A stretch of 64,000 nucleotides of DNA. Origin: the human T2T-CHM13v2.0 reference genome, Homo sapiens. Under the pieces are notes generated by a model. The model saw only the letters and a list, made by a program, of their open reading frames with translations, did not search any database and was not told the origin of the DNA. This document shows positions 14,764 to 30,999 of this stretch, in pieces. Each line of letters begins with the position of its first letter. Position 1 is the first letter of the stretch. The DNA is taken from NCBI RefSeq assembly GCF_009914755.1, contig NC_060926.1; one strand, written 5' to 3'. The position numbers were made by a program, and so were the translations under genes.

Positions 14764-15977
14764 TGATCCACCAGCCTCAGCCTCCCAAAGTGCTGGGATT
14801 ACAGGTGTGAACCTGTCTCTGTGCCTGGCCAGGACTGTTGACTTTAGCAGGTTACAATTAATAATCTACGGTAATGTACTATAGAGCTTTTTTCTATTCT
14901 TGGAAGTGTTAAGGATAACTCATAATCTAAATCAGATTTCTCATGATGATTCTATGTGTCCAGGTATGTAATTGAGCTCACTGTGTATCCAAATCCAGCT
15001 GTTAATGAGTTCTGTGCTAAGGGAATATTAAATTTAAGAAAGTTTTTTTGGGTTCTTAAGAGTAATTTCTTCAACTTGGAGGAGTATTTGTGCTTTCTAT
15101 CCTTGAGACCAGATAGAACTCATCGATTCTAGAGAGAAGTAGAGTTTCAGTCTCATTCTGCTGTACACTGGCTGTGTGACCTTGAGCACATTAAACCTCT
15201 ATTAACCTGTTTCCTCTTAGAATTTTGAGAATAAAATGATGTAATCCACAGTGCCTGAAACATGGTATGCTCAATAAATATTACTGCATATTAATAATTT
15301 CTGGAAAAGGCAGACCTAATCTATAGTAGCAGAAAACACCCATGATTGCCTCAGGCTGAGTATGGGGTTTACTGAAAAGGGCATTAAAGAACTTTTTGGG
15401 GTGAATGGATCTATATCTTCATTATGGTAGCAGTTACTTAGGTGTATAAATTTCTCAAAAATCTATTGAAGCGTACACTTAAAATGAGTTCACTTTTATT
15501 GTATGCAAATTATACGTCAAAGTTTTTTTTTTAAAAAAAGAGCCTCTTAGATTAGACTCTCACAACTAAGAACTAAATAATTTCTAAGATTTTAGAGTTG
15601 CCTGAGACTGACAATTATTTAATATAGTTCCTTCACTTTAACAATGAGAAAATTGAGGTTTGGAAAGTTAAATGACTTATCCTAGGTCACACAATTCTAG
15701 AAAGAGCAAAACTGGATTTTGAAGTCACTTCAGGCTCCCACGCCAGTGTGTGTTCCAATTATATACACATGTAGTTCCTTGCAAATTGAGGTCTTTCCTG
15801 TTCTTCAATTTGATAAACAGATTCTTAATCCTGGGTACATGGATACATTGCAGGAACTCTGTGAACTCCTTAAAATTATGTGTAGGTTTTCGTGTTTTTG
15901 CAGTTGTGTATTTTTCTGAGTAAAAGATCCACAATTTTCTTTTTTCTTTTCTTTTTTCTTTTTTTTTTTTTTTTTGA

Positions 15978-16148
<171 letters not shown>

Positions 16149-16196
16149 TAGTTTTAGTAGAGATGGGATTTCACCATGTTAGCCAGGATGGTCTCA

Positions 16197-16310
<114 letters not shown>

Positions 16311-17324
16311 TCAACCTCTGCTCTCTTGGTTGGTATCCTGCAATTATTATTAATGCTTCAAATAAGGTAATTTCCAGTAGGGAAGTCATAGATTAATTTG
16401 CTTGCCTGTCAGTGAGCAATGTGTGCTACTAGATTGAGTTCCATATCAGCCACAGCCTTAGAAATGTATTAGTAAATTAAAAATTCAAAGAGTTGTAGCA
16501 TCTGAACTAGGAATCATTAGAGGTGATCGTTACAGAGTGGCATGAGGAGTAAATCTGCCTGTTGTCTGCCCATGGTTTCATCGATTGTTAAATGAGGTTA
16601 ATAACCACCATGTTGTGATCATTAAATGAAACCATGTTTTTAAAAAAAGGTGGTACAACAGAACTAACTCTTCCCTCACCTGCCGTACCCCTTCTTCTAC
16701 TGCCCGCCTCCTTTTAAAAAGATGTCAATTACAGATTCTTTTTGTGAAAGATGGGCCTAAATAACTCTTGGGATATGGAAGGAGAGTAAGATACATTTTG
16801 AGTTTTGGTGTTTTATTTAGGAATGTCCAAAATATTTTATCAATCATCTGGTTATATAAATTAATATATAACTCAAAATATAAGAATATTTCCTTTTTAT
16901 TCTCCAAAACAATGAAATTCCTATATGTGTGTTACAAAATTGCTTGTTATATGTCCATGTGTGTGTTGGTGGTTCTCACTAAGTAAATTATGCCCCATCT
17001 GATCCATAATGTGACACAGGGAACTATGTGAAACTATTGTACTGACTTCTCTCTGAAAACAATACCTATTAAGTGCTTTGTAATCTCAATAAGTAGAGAA
17101 TTTCTCCTAACATCAATGCTACTGTTCATAGTACTGAGTGTTCTTTCAGATTTTGTTGAACTACCACCAATAACATTTTACTTTTTGTCTGAGATTTTTA
17201 TGTATTAACTATATTGTCTAGGTCAAAGAATATAATTTATTAGGAAGTCATTTTTAGGCTGAGCACAGTCGCTTACACCTGCAATTCCAGCACTTTGGGA
17301 AGCTAAGGCAGGCAGATCACTTCA

Positions 17325-17579
<255 letters not shown>

Positions 17580-19944
17580 TCAGGCAGATGAGAAGCAGCA
17601 TTAGCAAAGCGGTTAAAAGTGTGGGCTCTGTTGCTAGAACACCTGGGTACAAATCCTAGCTTGCCATTTAAATTTTACATAACTTCTCTGTGCCTCAGAT
17701 TTTCCTTATCTATAAAATGAGAGTGCTGGTAAATATAAGTATTTAGGACAGTGCCTGGCAGAGTAAGCACTGTATGTTTTAAGCTCTCATTTTTATTTTT
17801 AAAAAATTGTATTCATCCCATGACAGGTGGGTATTCAGTTGGTGTAACTTACTGCTGTTATTAAATTGGGGGTGAAATGCAACAGGGATGATGAAAAGGA
17901 GGATCCCCACCCTAGATATTTCCTGGCACCAAACTGCCCTCCTTTTGGCTAGAATGACAGCAGAACCCATAACACCAAGCTAGTGCCCATGGGGGCCACA
18001 TTACCACCCACCTGACATGGTTCTAGCTCTCTTAGAATCAAAATCACATGGAGGCTGCAGCCCCCACAAATAATCTCACAAATTGGAGTATTGCTAGCAG
18101 CAGGTGTCCATGGCTTTAGGAACCCGTGTACGCACCAGGCATTGGCCTTTCAGAGTGCCTACACCACTGCCAGCAGGGCCATCTTCTCTGTGGGCATCAG
18201 GCCAGCTCCAGAAAGAGAATATGTAGGGATGGGGCCTGGTGTTCAGGAGGCATGGTATGCAAACCAGTGGTTACCAGGGCAAGATGGGGTACAAGGTGCC
18301 AACTGCAAGTCACACACTGGCTCCAGTAGGGATGATGGAGTTTACTGATGGTGGTATCTGTATGACAAGACTTTGGGGAAGGTCAGCTGGAATGGGTACT
18401 GATTAATCAGGAAAGGTACTATATTGCCAGACCAGTATCTGTGAGGCCCCCTTTGGTTACTGGATTGTGGGGTCATCCAAGAGACTGGGCAGGAAACCTA
18501 ACACTAAAATTTTATCCTGTGTTTCTGCTGAGCGTCTAAGGTGATGTAATATTCTAAATAAACACATACCCTATCTTCAGGTAGGAATTACATTTCCAAA
18601 AATAGTTTTTAAGTTGAGGGCCTGTTTGTGGCTGCCTAGAAAGGGCAAGTGCCTGAACAACACTGCTTTTGCTGTTGGGAAAGGAGGAAAAAAGCTACCA
18701 TATTCCTTCTATCATATTGTTGCTTTAAGAGCCTATGATTGATTCCTTGAGGACCATCCCTGAAGGGAGTTACAAAACAGCTTTTAGCAGATTACTGTAA
18801 GGCACTTAAAGCTTAAGCTGCATTGTATTTCAGTCTATTTAGCAGAACACCTTGTGGTTCTTTCTGTCAGGCTAGTGAAATAGTAAAAATAAAGCTAAAA
18901 ACTTACAATGAAGCTTCCATTTTTAAAAGGCCATTATTCAGATTGGGTAGAGTAAATTTGAATCCACTTCAAAGTCTATTTTATGCTTCTGATCTTCAAC
19001 AAAGGCAGTTCTTTGTGTTCTTTGTCTTTACATCTGTACAATGGGTAGGTCATCATTCTGTCAAGCTAAGATCTTTTGGGAACTTATAAGTACTGTGAGA
19101 AACTGTAATATAGTTCAAAAAAGTACGGGAATATGCAACTTCATACCTTCATACCTGGTTAAATTGAGTGAGTTAATTCCTCTGAACATTAGTGATCTCA
19201 TCTGCAAGTGTAGATAGCCTTCCCCCCCGCCTCCCGCTCCTTCTTTTATTTCTCATGGTTGGGGGCAATTACCTGAGAACATATTGGGCATAGAGATGGA
19301 AATCACCAGGAATTTGTTAGCAGTTTAGAGCTTAGGGGTAGCAATTATCATTTTTCTAGTCTCCCATCTTGTTTTCCAGATAAGAATAATTAAGGAACTT
19401 AACCAAGGTCACAAACATATTTGATGACTATAGAGAATTATAAAATATTCAAATTTGGGGGGAATATTGTGATTCTTTAGCATAATAATGAAAGCATGCC
19501 CTATTAAGTATGTATTTCCTACATGAGTAAGTAATGAATGGTTCTCAAAGGGATGTAGTTAGAGAATATACTGAAGAATCATTAAGAGGGAGAGCTTTTC
19601 CAAATTACAGGTTTTCTGCTCAGTTGAGGGGGGATGTCAGAATCACTGGGGAGGGACCAGTATTGGGAAGGCATAATTTTTTTTCCTCTCAAAAACTATT
19701 ATATGCATATGGTTTTTTAAAAAAAGTTTATGCAAAAGGTTTTAGTGTAAACAATGAAAAGTAAGTCTCCCTGTAAATCCCCAACCTTAGAGGTAACTAC
19801 AGTTAACAGTTCTTTATGTGTCCTTCTAGAAATGTTATATGTAAATGTGTAAGAATGTATATGTATTTTTTATTTTTATATGTGTGTATATTAATGGAAA
19901 CATTTTATATGCTCTTCTGTAACCCTTTTATTGTTTTTACTTAG

Positions 19945-20840
<896 letters not shown>

Positions 20841-21132
20841 ACTTTTCTGCTTTTAAAACAGTGCAACAGTAAACATCCTGGTATGTCTTTAGCACAGCCC
20901 AATTATACCTACAGGATAAATTCCTAAACATGGAATTATCAAAGGGTATGTGTGCATTTTAGATTTTCATCAGTAACTACCAAAGAGATTGAATAGTTGA
21001 CATCAAATGTATGCATTTAGAAACGCTCCCCTGGTATTCATGAAAAATATATTTCCTCTAAAACTCTGTTGCAGGGTAAGACTTGGTTTGACTCTAATAA
21101 ACTGATATTTACTTTCTTGTCTTCATCTGAAG

Positions 21133-21312
21133 CCTGTGCCTACTACACTGGCACAAGTGGATAGAGAAAAGATCTATCAGTGGATCAATGAGCTGTCCAG
21201 TCCTGAGACTAGGGAAAATGCTTTGCTGGAGCTAAGTAAGAAGCGAGAATCTGTTCCTGACCTTGCACCCATGCTGTGGCATTCATTTGGTACTATTGCA
21301 GCACTTTTACAG
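21133..21312 (+). CDS. CNOT9: CNOT9 coding exon 2
   Basis: aag|CCT acceptor; [60 protein letters not shown]; donor CAG|GTGGGT. Confidence 0.98.
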
Positions 21313-21454
21313 GTGGGTTCATGTCCATGATTGGCAGTTCAGTTCTTTTCATTACACTTGTATATTTCTTTACCTTTGCCCAAATGATTTGAAGACTTTA
21401 GGAGGATGATTCTTTAAAAAACTGCATTTGTAAGAATCTGTTTTAGAAAGGTCT

Positions 21455-21615
21455 GAGGTATTTGTTAAAATGCAGATTCTTGGATCCTTACCCAAGAGAT
21501 TCAATTTAGTCAGTCTGAGGTGGGCCCTATAATCTATATTTTAATAAGCACTTTCACCTCCCCCAGGTGATTGTGATGCAAGTGATCTAAGAACTACGCT
21601 TTGACGAACACCGCT
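21455..21615. mobile_element. MER5-like DNA transposon relic
   Basis: gttaaaatgcagattcttgg...gtctgaggtgggccc...ccccaggtgattgtgatgca. Confidence 0.65.
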
Positions 21616-21676
21616 TTAGGAGTACTGTAAGATAAATCTACATGACAGGGGGAGGAAGGTGGAAAGTAGAGTATAA

Positions 21677-21862
<186 letters not shown>

Positions 21863-22332
21863 TGAGTAGCTGGGATTATAGGCCTGCATCACCATGCCTG
21901 GCTTTTTTTTTTTTAATTTTTAGTAGATACGGAGTTTCACCATGTTGGTCAGGCTGATCTTGAACTCCTGACCTCGTGATCCACCCACCTTGGCCTCCCA
22001 AAATGTTGAGATTACAGGCATGAGCCACCATGCCTGGCCTGGAAAGGAAATGTTGAAGGTATAACAGCTGTAGTATTAAAGGTGGGTACACTTGTACATT
22101 AAAGAATAGATAACTGAAGTTCAGTTCAAACCAGAATGGTCACTGGTGGCTAATTAACTGATATGGTACAATAACAATACCAAAATACCTAGGTAGTGGC
22201 ATGATCATCCATTAAAGTATTGCCCCAAATTCCTAACAATTAGATTAACTTTTCAACTCTTAAGTAAATTCACATTCCATCTCTATTGCATTTAGCCAAG
22301 AAACTGATCTTTGTTATGGGAACATTTTTCTA

Positions 22333-22692
<360 letters not shown>

Positions 22693-22977
22693 TCATTACT
22701 TTTTGACAGATAGTGCATATATTCACTGCTGTTTATACATATCCCCACCCATTGATTCATGTCCTTACCATGTTACTACCTAACCAAATTCAAACTTCTT
22801 TATGAGTCACCGTGGTTGACTTAACACTTTCTGGCCAGTGATCTCATCACTGTAACTTAAAGCAGGATGCTAGCAAAATTATAAAAATTTGAGTATCCCT
22901 CAACTGATAGCCTCAGTAGCTGGAGAATATAAGAGGAAGTGTAGATGACTACATTTGCCTCCACAGAAATCTTCCTA

Positions 22978-23437
<460 letters not shown>

Positions 23438-23539
23438 TTAAGAGCTATTTTATTTGCCTTTTTTTTTTTTTGCTTTATTACCATGGGAATTAATTTTTAG
23501 TTATTCCTTATTCATCTGATGCTGATTTCCATTTTTTAG

Positions 23540-23655
23540 GAAATTGTAAATATTTATCCATCTATCAACCCACCCACCTTGACAGCACACCAGTCTAACA
23601 GAGTTTGCAATGCTCTGGCATTACTGCAATGTGTAGCATCACATCCAGAAACCAG
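23540..23655 (+). CDS. CNOT9: CNOT9 coding exon 3
   Basis: ttttttag|GAA; [39 protein letters not shown]; donor CAG|GTAAAT. Confidence 0.98.
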
Positions 23656-23741
23656 GTAAATGCTTTGGGTGAGTCACTTGGGGGAGATATACATTGAATA
23701 TGGTCCTAAACGTTCTCTGAATAATAAAAGGAAGGGCATGG

Positions 23742-23758
23742 AGGAGAGAGAGAGAGAG

Positions 23759-23828
<70 letters not shown>
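23742..23828. repeat. Compound microsatellite (GA)n-(TG)n-(TC)n
   Basis: Directly visible, ~90 nt downstream of CNOT9 exon 3. Confidence 0.97.
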
Positions 23829-23830
<2 letters not shown>

Positions 23831-24764
23831 GGTCTTCCGGATTCTTATTTACTTTTACCCAATGAACTTTAAAGAAACAGTGTTCACATTACAGGAAAGG
23901 TATCAGGCATACAGCTACTTCTCACTCCCTGACCTGTTATTGACACTATGTCATCTGTGAGGCATAGTGCATGGCATATAAGAGGAGTTTAGTAATTATT
24001 TTTCCAGCACTTTTCCCACACTGAACCCAGATTTGACTTCAGAATCCTTCTTAACATAGCATTCTGGGCGGCCTCTATAATAGACGAGAATTGGCATGTA
24101 AGTTAAAATATTTTTGCCACCTGTCATATCTAAAAAATTAAGAAAAGGGAAATCCTGTTCAGGAATCTACTTTGTGGGCTTTTATGGCCCCAAAGGCACT
24201 TAATAGTCATCTTATTAAAGCCTTTCCTCTTTGTCAAGTTTCCTTATGAAATATGTATGCTAGGTTGGCACTGACCTTACACAGCTTTAGAGAAATTACT
24301 AAGAAAATTACTTTTAAGCACTTAACAAAAACACAAGAGTACTTTGAGTGTTAAAAATCTTGGGCGTTGGCTCTTCTACAAGGTGTAACTATAAATAATA
24401 TAAAATAATAGACTGATTTCCTTATTAGTTGCCTGACTAAACTGTTTTCAGAATGGTTTGTGTATCTGAAATGCCCTAACAAAAAAAGAAGAATGTGCTT
24501 ATTAAAGTATAGCAGGTAAGCCTGATAATGGCTGCTTTGTTTTGTTGTATTGGTTTGTAAGGTTTATTCGACTGCACCTGTGAATACTATTATTCAGTCA
24601 TAGGTGAGGGAGATAATCTAGGACAATCTCTTGGACACTTAATAGCATTTTGTGGTCTATTTTTTAAAATCCACAATTGGATATTTTAAGTTAATCAGTT
24701 TGTAAGGTACTTTTTGCTGATTACAGGGAAAATCATGTGTTTTCTTAACCACTGTGATCTGGAC

Positions 24765-25000
24765 TAGGGTTTTCAGCTTTGGCACCATTACCATTTGGGG
24801 CTGGATGAATCTTTGTGATGGAAAGGAGAGGGCAGGAGAGGACTGTCCTGTGCATTGTAGGATGTTTAATGGCATCTCTGGCCTCTTCCCACTGGATGCC
24901 AATAGTGCTTCATAATCCTGAGTTGTGACAATCAAAGATGTCTCCAGACATTGCCACATGTCCTCCAGGGGGCAAAATTTACCCCATTTGAGAACCATTG
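24765..25000. mobile_element. MER20 DNA transposon
   Basis: gactgtcctgtgcattgtaggatgttta...gtctccagacattgcca...gggggcaaaat...ttgagaaccattg matches MER20. Confidence 0.85.
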
Positions 25001-25152
25001 GTTGAGACTAATGACCAGTAACATTGTTTTCCTAAGGATTCCTTGCTCTGACAATGTTAAGGCCTTACAGAATTAACCACCTAGAAATTTGAAAGTTCAG
25101 GATCCTTAGAAATCAACCCTGGGCTGTGAATGTAATTATTGTTTTCTTCCAG

Positions 25153-25262
25153 GTCAGCGTTTCTCGCAGCACACATCCCACTTTTTTTGTACCCCTTTTT
25201 GCACACTGTCAGCAAAACACGTCCCTTTGAGTATCTCCGGCTCACCAGCCTTGGAGTTATTG
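25153..25262 (+). CDS. CNOT9: CNOT9 coding exon 4
   Basis: ttcttccag|GTCAGC; [37 protein letters not shown]; donor TTG|GTAAGT. Confidence 0.98.
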
Positions 25263-26743
25263 GTAAGTTATTAGAATTGTTTTGCAAGCCTGAAATACTC
25301 ACAGTAGTAGTCTAAGTTGGGTGTTTTGTCTTGCCGGTTATGATTTTTGTACACCAGTCATTCATTTTTGTCTTTGAGGTTGTCTCATTCACTAATCAAT
25401 AAGTATCAGGAACATGATGACTCCTATCAAGCACTCTTCTAAGTGTTGTTAATAAGACTTTGAGATCCAACATTTGGGATTAAATTCAGCATATATGTGG
25501 AAACATTTGCTGGAATTGTAGGGAGAGTAAAGCATAAGAACTTGATTCAATATATAAAGAGTATTATTAAAGGAATAAGAGTTTAAATTTGGGACTTCTC
25601 CTCTTCCCTTCTCTCTTCTCTTCTCTTCTTTTCTTTTCTTTTCTTTCTGATAGGGTCTTGCTGTGTTACCCAGGCTGGAATTGAACTCCTAGGCTCAAGT
25701 GATCCTCCTGCCTCAGCCTCCCAAGTAATAGGGACCATGGGCACAGGCACACACCACTGTCTTTTTTTGTTTGTTTGTCTAATACCGGAATGCTTCGTAT
25801 ATCTGAAATGCCCTAAGAATATGCATGTCAAATACACTAAGCATTCTGAAAACCTGTAATTCTCCCATAACTCCAGGAATATGAATCTGTCAGTTCACCT
25901 AGTTAAATTTTTTCATCTACTTTTTTTTTAGTCTCTACTAAAAAAATAATGCAAAAATCAGCCGGGCGTGGTGGCATGTGCCTGTAGTCCCAGCTGCTGG
26001 GGAGGCTGAGGCAGGAGAATCGCTTGAACCTGGGAGGTGGAGATGCAGTGATTGCAGTGAGCCAAGATCACGCCACTGCACTCCAGCCTGGGCGGCAGAG
26101 GGAGACTCAAAAAAAAAAAAATTAAATTTCCATGTACTAGCAATGAACAATAGGAAATTTATTTTTTATTTTATTTTATTTTATTTTTTTTTTGAGACAA
26201 GGTCTTGCTCTGTTGCCCACTCTTGAGTGCAGTGGCATGATCATGGCTCACTGCACCCTCAAACTCCTGGGATCACACAAATCCACCCACCTCAGCCTTG
26301 AGAAGCTGGAACCATAGGCACATGCCACCACACCTGGCTACATTTTTTTATTTTTTTGTAGACACAAGGTCTCACTTTTTGTTGCCCAGGCTTGTCTCAA
26401 ACTTCTGGGCTCAAGTGGTTCTCCCACCTTGGCCTCCCAAAGTGCTGGGATTACAGATGTGAGCCACTGCACCTAGCTGAAATTTTTTTAAACTGCCATT
26501 TATAACAGCACCGAAATGTGAAAATTTGGGTATAAATCTTTAAAAATATATGCATGATCTATAACTAAAAACTACAAAACTGATTTCTAATGAAATAAAA
26601 TGCAGAGATAAACCATGTTCATTGATTGGTGTATCAATGATTCAGTATTGTTAAGTTGTTCATTCTCCCCAAACTGATCTATAGATTCAGAGTAATTCCA
26701 ACAAAATCCCAGCAGCACTTTTTTTAGAAATTGGCAGGCTGAC

Positions 26744-27422
<679 letters not shown>

Positions 27423-27841
27423 GACTGATCCTAAGATTTATATGGAAAGCCAAAGGAACTAGAATATCCAAACATTTCTTTAAAAGAACAAAGTTGGAAG
27501 ACATATACTACCTGAGTTCCACACCTACTGGAAAAATATAGTAGTCAAGGCAGTGTAATACTGGAGAAAAGAAAGATTTACAGACCATTGGAGCAGAATG
27601 AAGAGTCCAGAAATAGACCCACACATATATGGTCAGTTGATTTTTGACAAAGGTACAAAGACAATTTAGTGCAGAAAGCTTTTTTTTTTAGAGAGAGTCT
27701 GTCACCCAGACTAGAGTGCAGTGGTGCGATCTCAGCTCACTGTAACCTGTACAGGTTCAATTGATTCTCCTGCCTCAGCTTCCCGAGTAGCTGGGATTAC
27801 AGGAGCCTGCCACCATGCCTTGCTAATTTTTGTATTTTTAG

Positions 27842-27937
27842 TAGAGACGGGGTTTCACCATGTTGGCCAGGCTGATCTTGAACTCCCGACCTCAAGTGAT
27901 CTGCCCGCCTCGGCCTCCCAAAGTGCTGGGATTACAG
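27842..27937 (+). CDS. CNOT9: Candidate alternative in-frame Alu-derived cassette exon of CNOT9 (+32 aa)
   Basis: Antisense Alu arm with acceptor tttttag|TAGAG and donor CAG|GTGTGA; 96 nt, phase 1/1 like exons 4 and 5, stop-free ([32 protein letters not shown]). Confidence 0.6.
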
Positions 27938-28122
27938 GTGTGAGCTACTGCGCCGCCCTCTTCCTTTTTTTTTTTAATACGAGTGTGAATCTGATTCCTT
28001 TAACAAACCCCAGTTTGTGTTCTGTTATTTAAGTTCACAACTCACTGGATAAACAGTTCGAAGTTAATGTTAACTGGAAACCCTAACTGTAAAATAATTT
28101 TGTTTGTCCTTATTTTCTTTAG

Positions 28123-28232
28123 GGGCCCTGGTGAAAACAGATGAACAAGAAGTAATCAACTTTTTATTAACAACAGAAATTATCCCTTTATGTTTGCGAA
28201 TTATGGAATCTGGAAGTGAACTTTCTAAAACA
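28123..28232 (+). CDS. CNOT9: CNOT9 coding exon 5
   Basis: ttttctttag|GGGCC; [36 protein letters not shown]; donor ACA|GTATGT. Confidence 0.98.
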
Positions 28233-28733
28233 GTATGTACTTTTAACTTAGATTTTACATTGTGTTGACTCTTAAGCTGCTTCCTTATGGTCCTGGGATC
28301 ATTTTCTCTCTTCAAGCTTTTGAAATTTGTATGAATATTTTCTGTTTTGAATAAAAATTATTATGAAACAATTATTGAAAAACCCAAACCATTCAGAAGA
28401 AAATCAAGTTAAACACTAAATTTCTTTTCTCCAAACCCACATCTCACTCCACAGGTAAATTCTAAGTATATTATTACGGTTTCATTTTTTTAATTTTAAA
28501 ATTTCAATCCTGCTCCTTCTATAACCGGGCTTTTTTAAAATACATAATCAATTATATGTACTTGAGCTTCTGCTTACTATGTACTTTAACCATGAATGAC
28601 AACATGACAAGGTACAGAATTCTTACTCATTGTACAGAATTCTTACCTCATTGTTCTGTCTCAGACCTCCATTGCCATAGTCCTTTTGTCTTCTAACATT
28701 GAATATTGCAGAGAAGTCTCAGGGTCAGCCTAA

Positions 28734-29459
<726 letters not shown>

Positions 29460-29756
29460 TGATTTGTATATTTTTCTCTTTTATTCGTTCAAGTCTCTTG
29501 GTTCAACATCAGTTATGCTCTATTATCTGTCTTTCATATTTTTTTCTCTAATCACTTTCAATTTTTAAATTTCATATTATTTGATTTTTTTCAAGGTTAC
29601 TTTTCCATACTGCTGACAATTTTGGGTAGTATTCAACCTCTGCTCTAAAATTTGCCTTGTCACATTAAATTACTTTTTTAGTCTAACAAATATTTTATTC
29701 TTGAGTTGGGTGTAAGCAGGTATAATGATTTTTTTGGCTTTTTACTTTTAAATATA

Positions 29757-29862
29757 TATATATGGAATGCTTCATGAATTTGTGTATTATCTTCGCACAG
29801 GGGCCACACTAATCTTCTCTGTGTTGTTCCAATTTTAGTACATGTGCTGTCTAAGTGAGCAC
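29757..29862 (-). pseudogene. U6 snRNA retro-pseudogene (full length, diverged)
   Basis: Reverse complement reads GTGCTCACTTAGACAGCACATGTACTAAAATTGGAACAACACAGAGAAGATTAGTGTGGCCCCTGTGCGAAGATAATACACAAATTCATGAAGCATTCCATAT, i.e. U6 with the ACAGAGA box and CpG-decay substitutions. Confidence 0.93.
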
Positions 29863-30578
29863 TGGTTTTTTAATTTTTAATTAAATTATTTATTTATTTA
29901 GAGACAGGATCTCTGTCTGTCACCCAGGCTGGAGTAGAGAGGCATGGCTCACTGCCGCCTCGACCTCCTAGGTTCAGTTGATCCTCCCACCTCAGCTTCA
30001 CAAGTAGCTGGGACCACATGCCTGCTCCACCACACTCAGCTAATTATTTTTATTTTTTGTAAAGACAAGGTCTCCCTATGTTGCCTGGGCTACTCTTGAA
30101 CTCCTGGGCTCAAAGGATCTTCCTGCCTTCTGCCGTAGTACTAGGAGTACAAGCATGAGCCACTGTGCCTGACCAATTTATTGTTTTTAAAGAGACAAGG
30201 TTTCACTATGTTGCCCAGGCTGGAATGCAGTGGCTATTCACAGCCATGATAATGGCACACTATAGCCTTGAACTCCGGGGCTCAAGCAGTCTTCCCACTT
30301 CCCTCTCTGGAGTAGGTAGCTTTGATACTGGCACACATCCCTATACCTGGCTATTTTTAAGCTTTTTATTTTAAATATTCAATATATGGATGACTGTCAA
30401 AGGCATTGTTGAGCAAAAGAAGCCAGACACATGGGAATTCATACTGTATGTTGATTATGTGAAGTTTAAGAACAAGCAAAGCCAATTACTGGCAATAAGT
30501 TGGATTCGTGGTTAGCTCTGAGGAAAGAACATTGACTGGGGAAAGGTACAAGGGAATGCTGGAATCCTGAGTTGGTAG

Positions 30579-30788
<210 letters not shown>

Positions 30789-30999
30789 TAGTAGAGATGG
30801 AGTTTCGCCATGTAGCCCATGCTAGTCTTGAACTCCTAAGCTCAGGCAATCTGCCTGCCTCCACCTCCCAAATATTCTGTATTTTATACAATATTTTGTA
30901 TTTTAATCTGGTTATAGTACATAATGTGTACATAGGTAAAAATTCAAGGTACACTTAAGATTAGTGCACTTAACACACTTCACTGTGTATAAGTTTATA

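Noticed and set aside
30190-30352. Possible 7SL RNA gene (gtgaatagccactgca motif on the minus strand)
   Set aside because: Lacks the 7SL S domain; it is a fossil Alu monomer like the one at 11845-12000.
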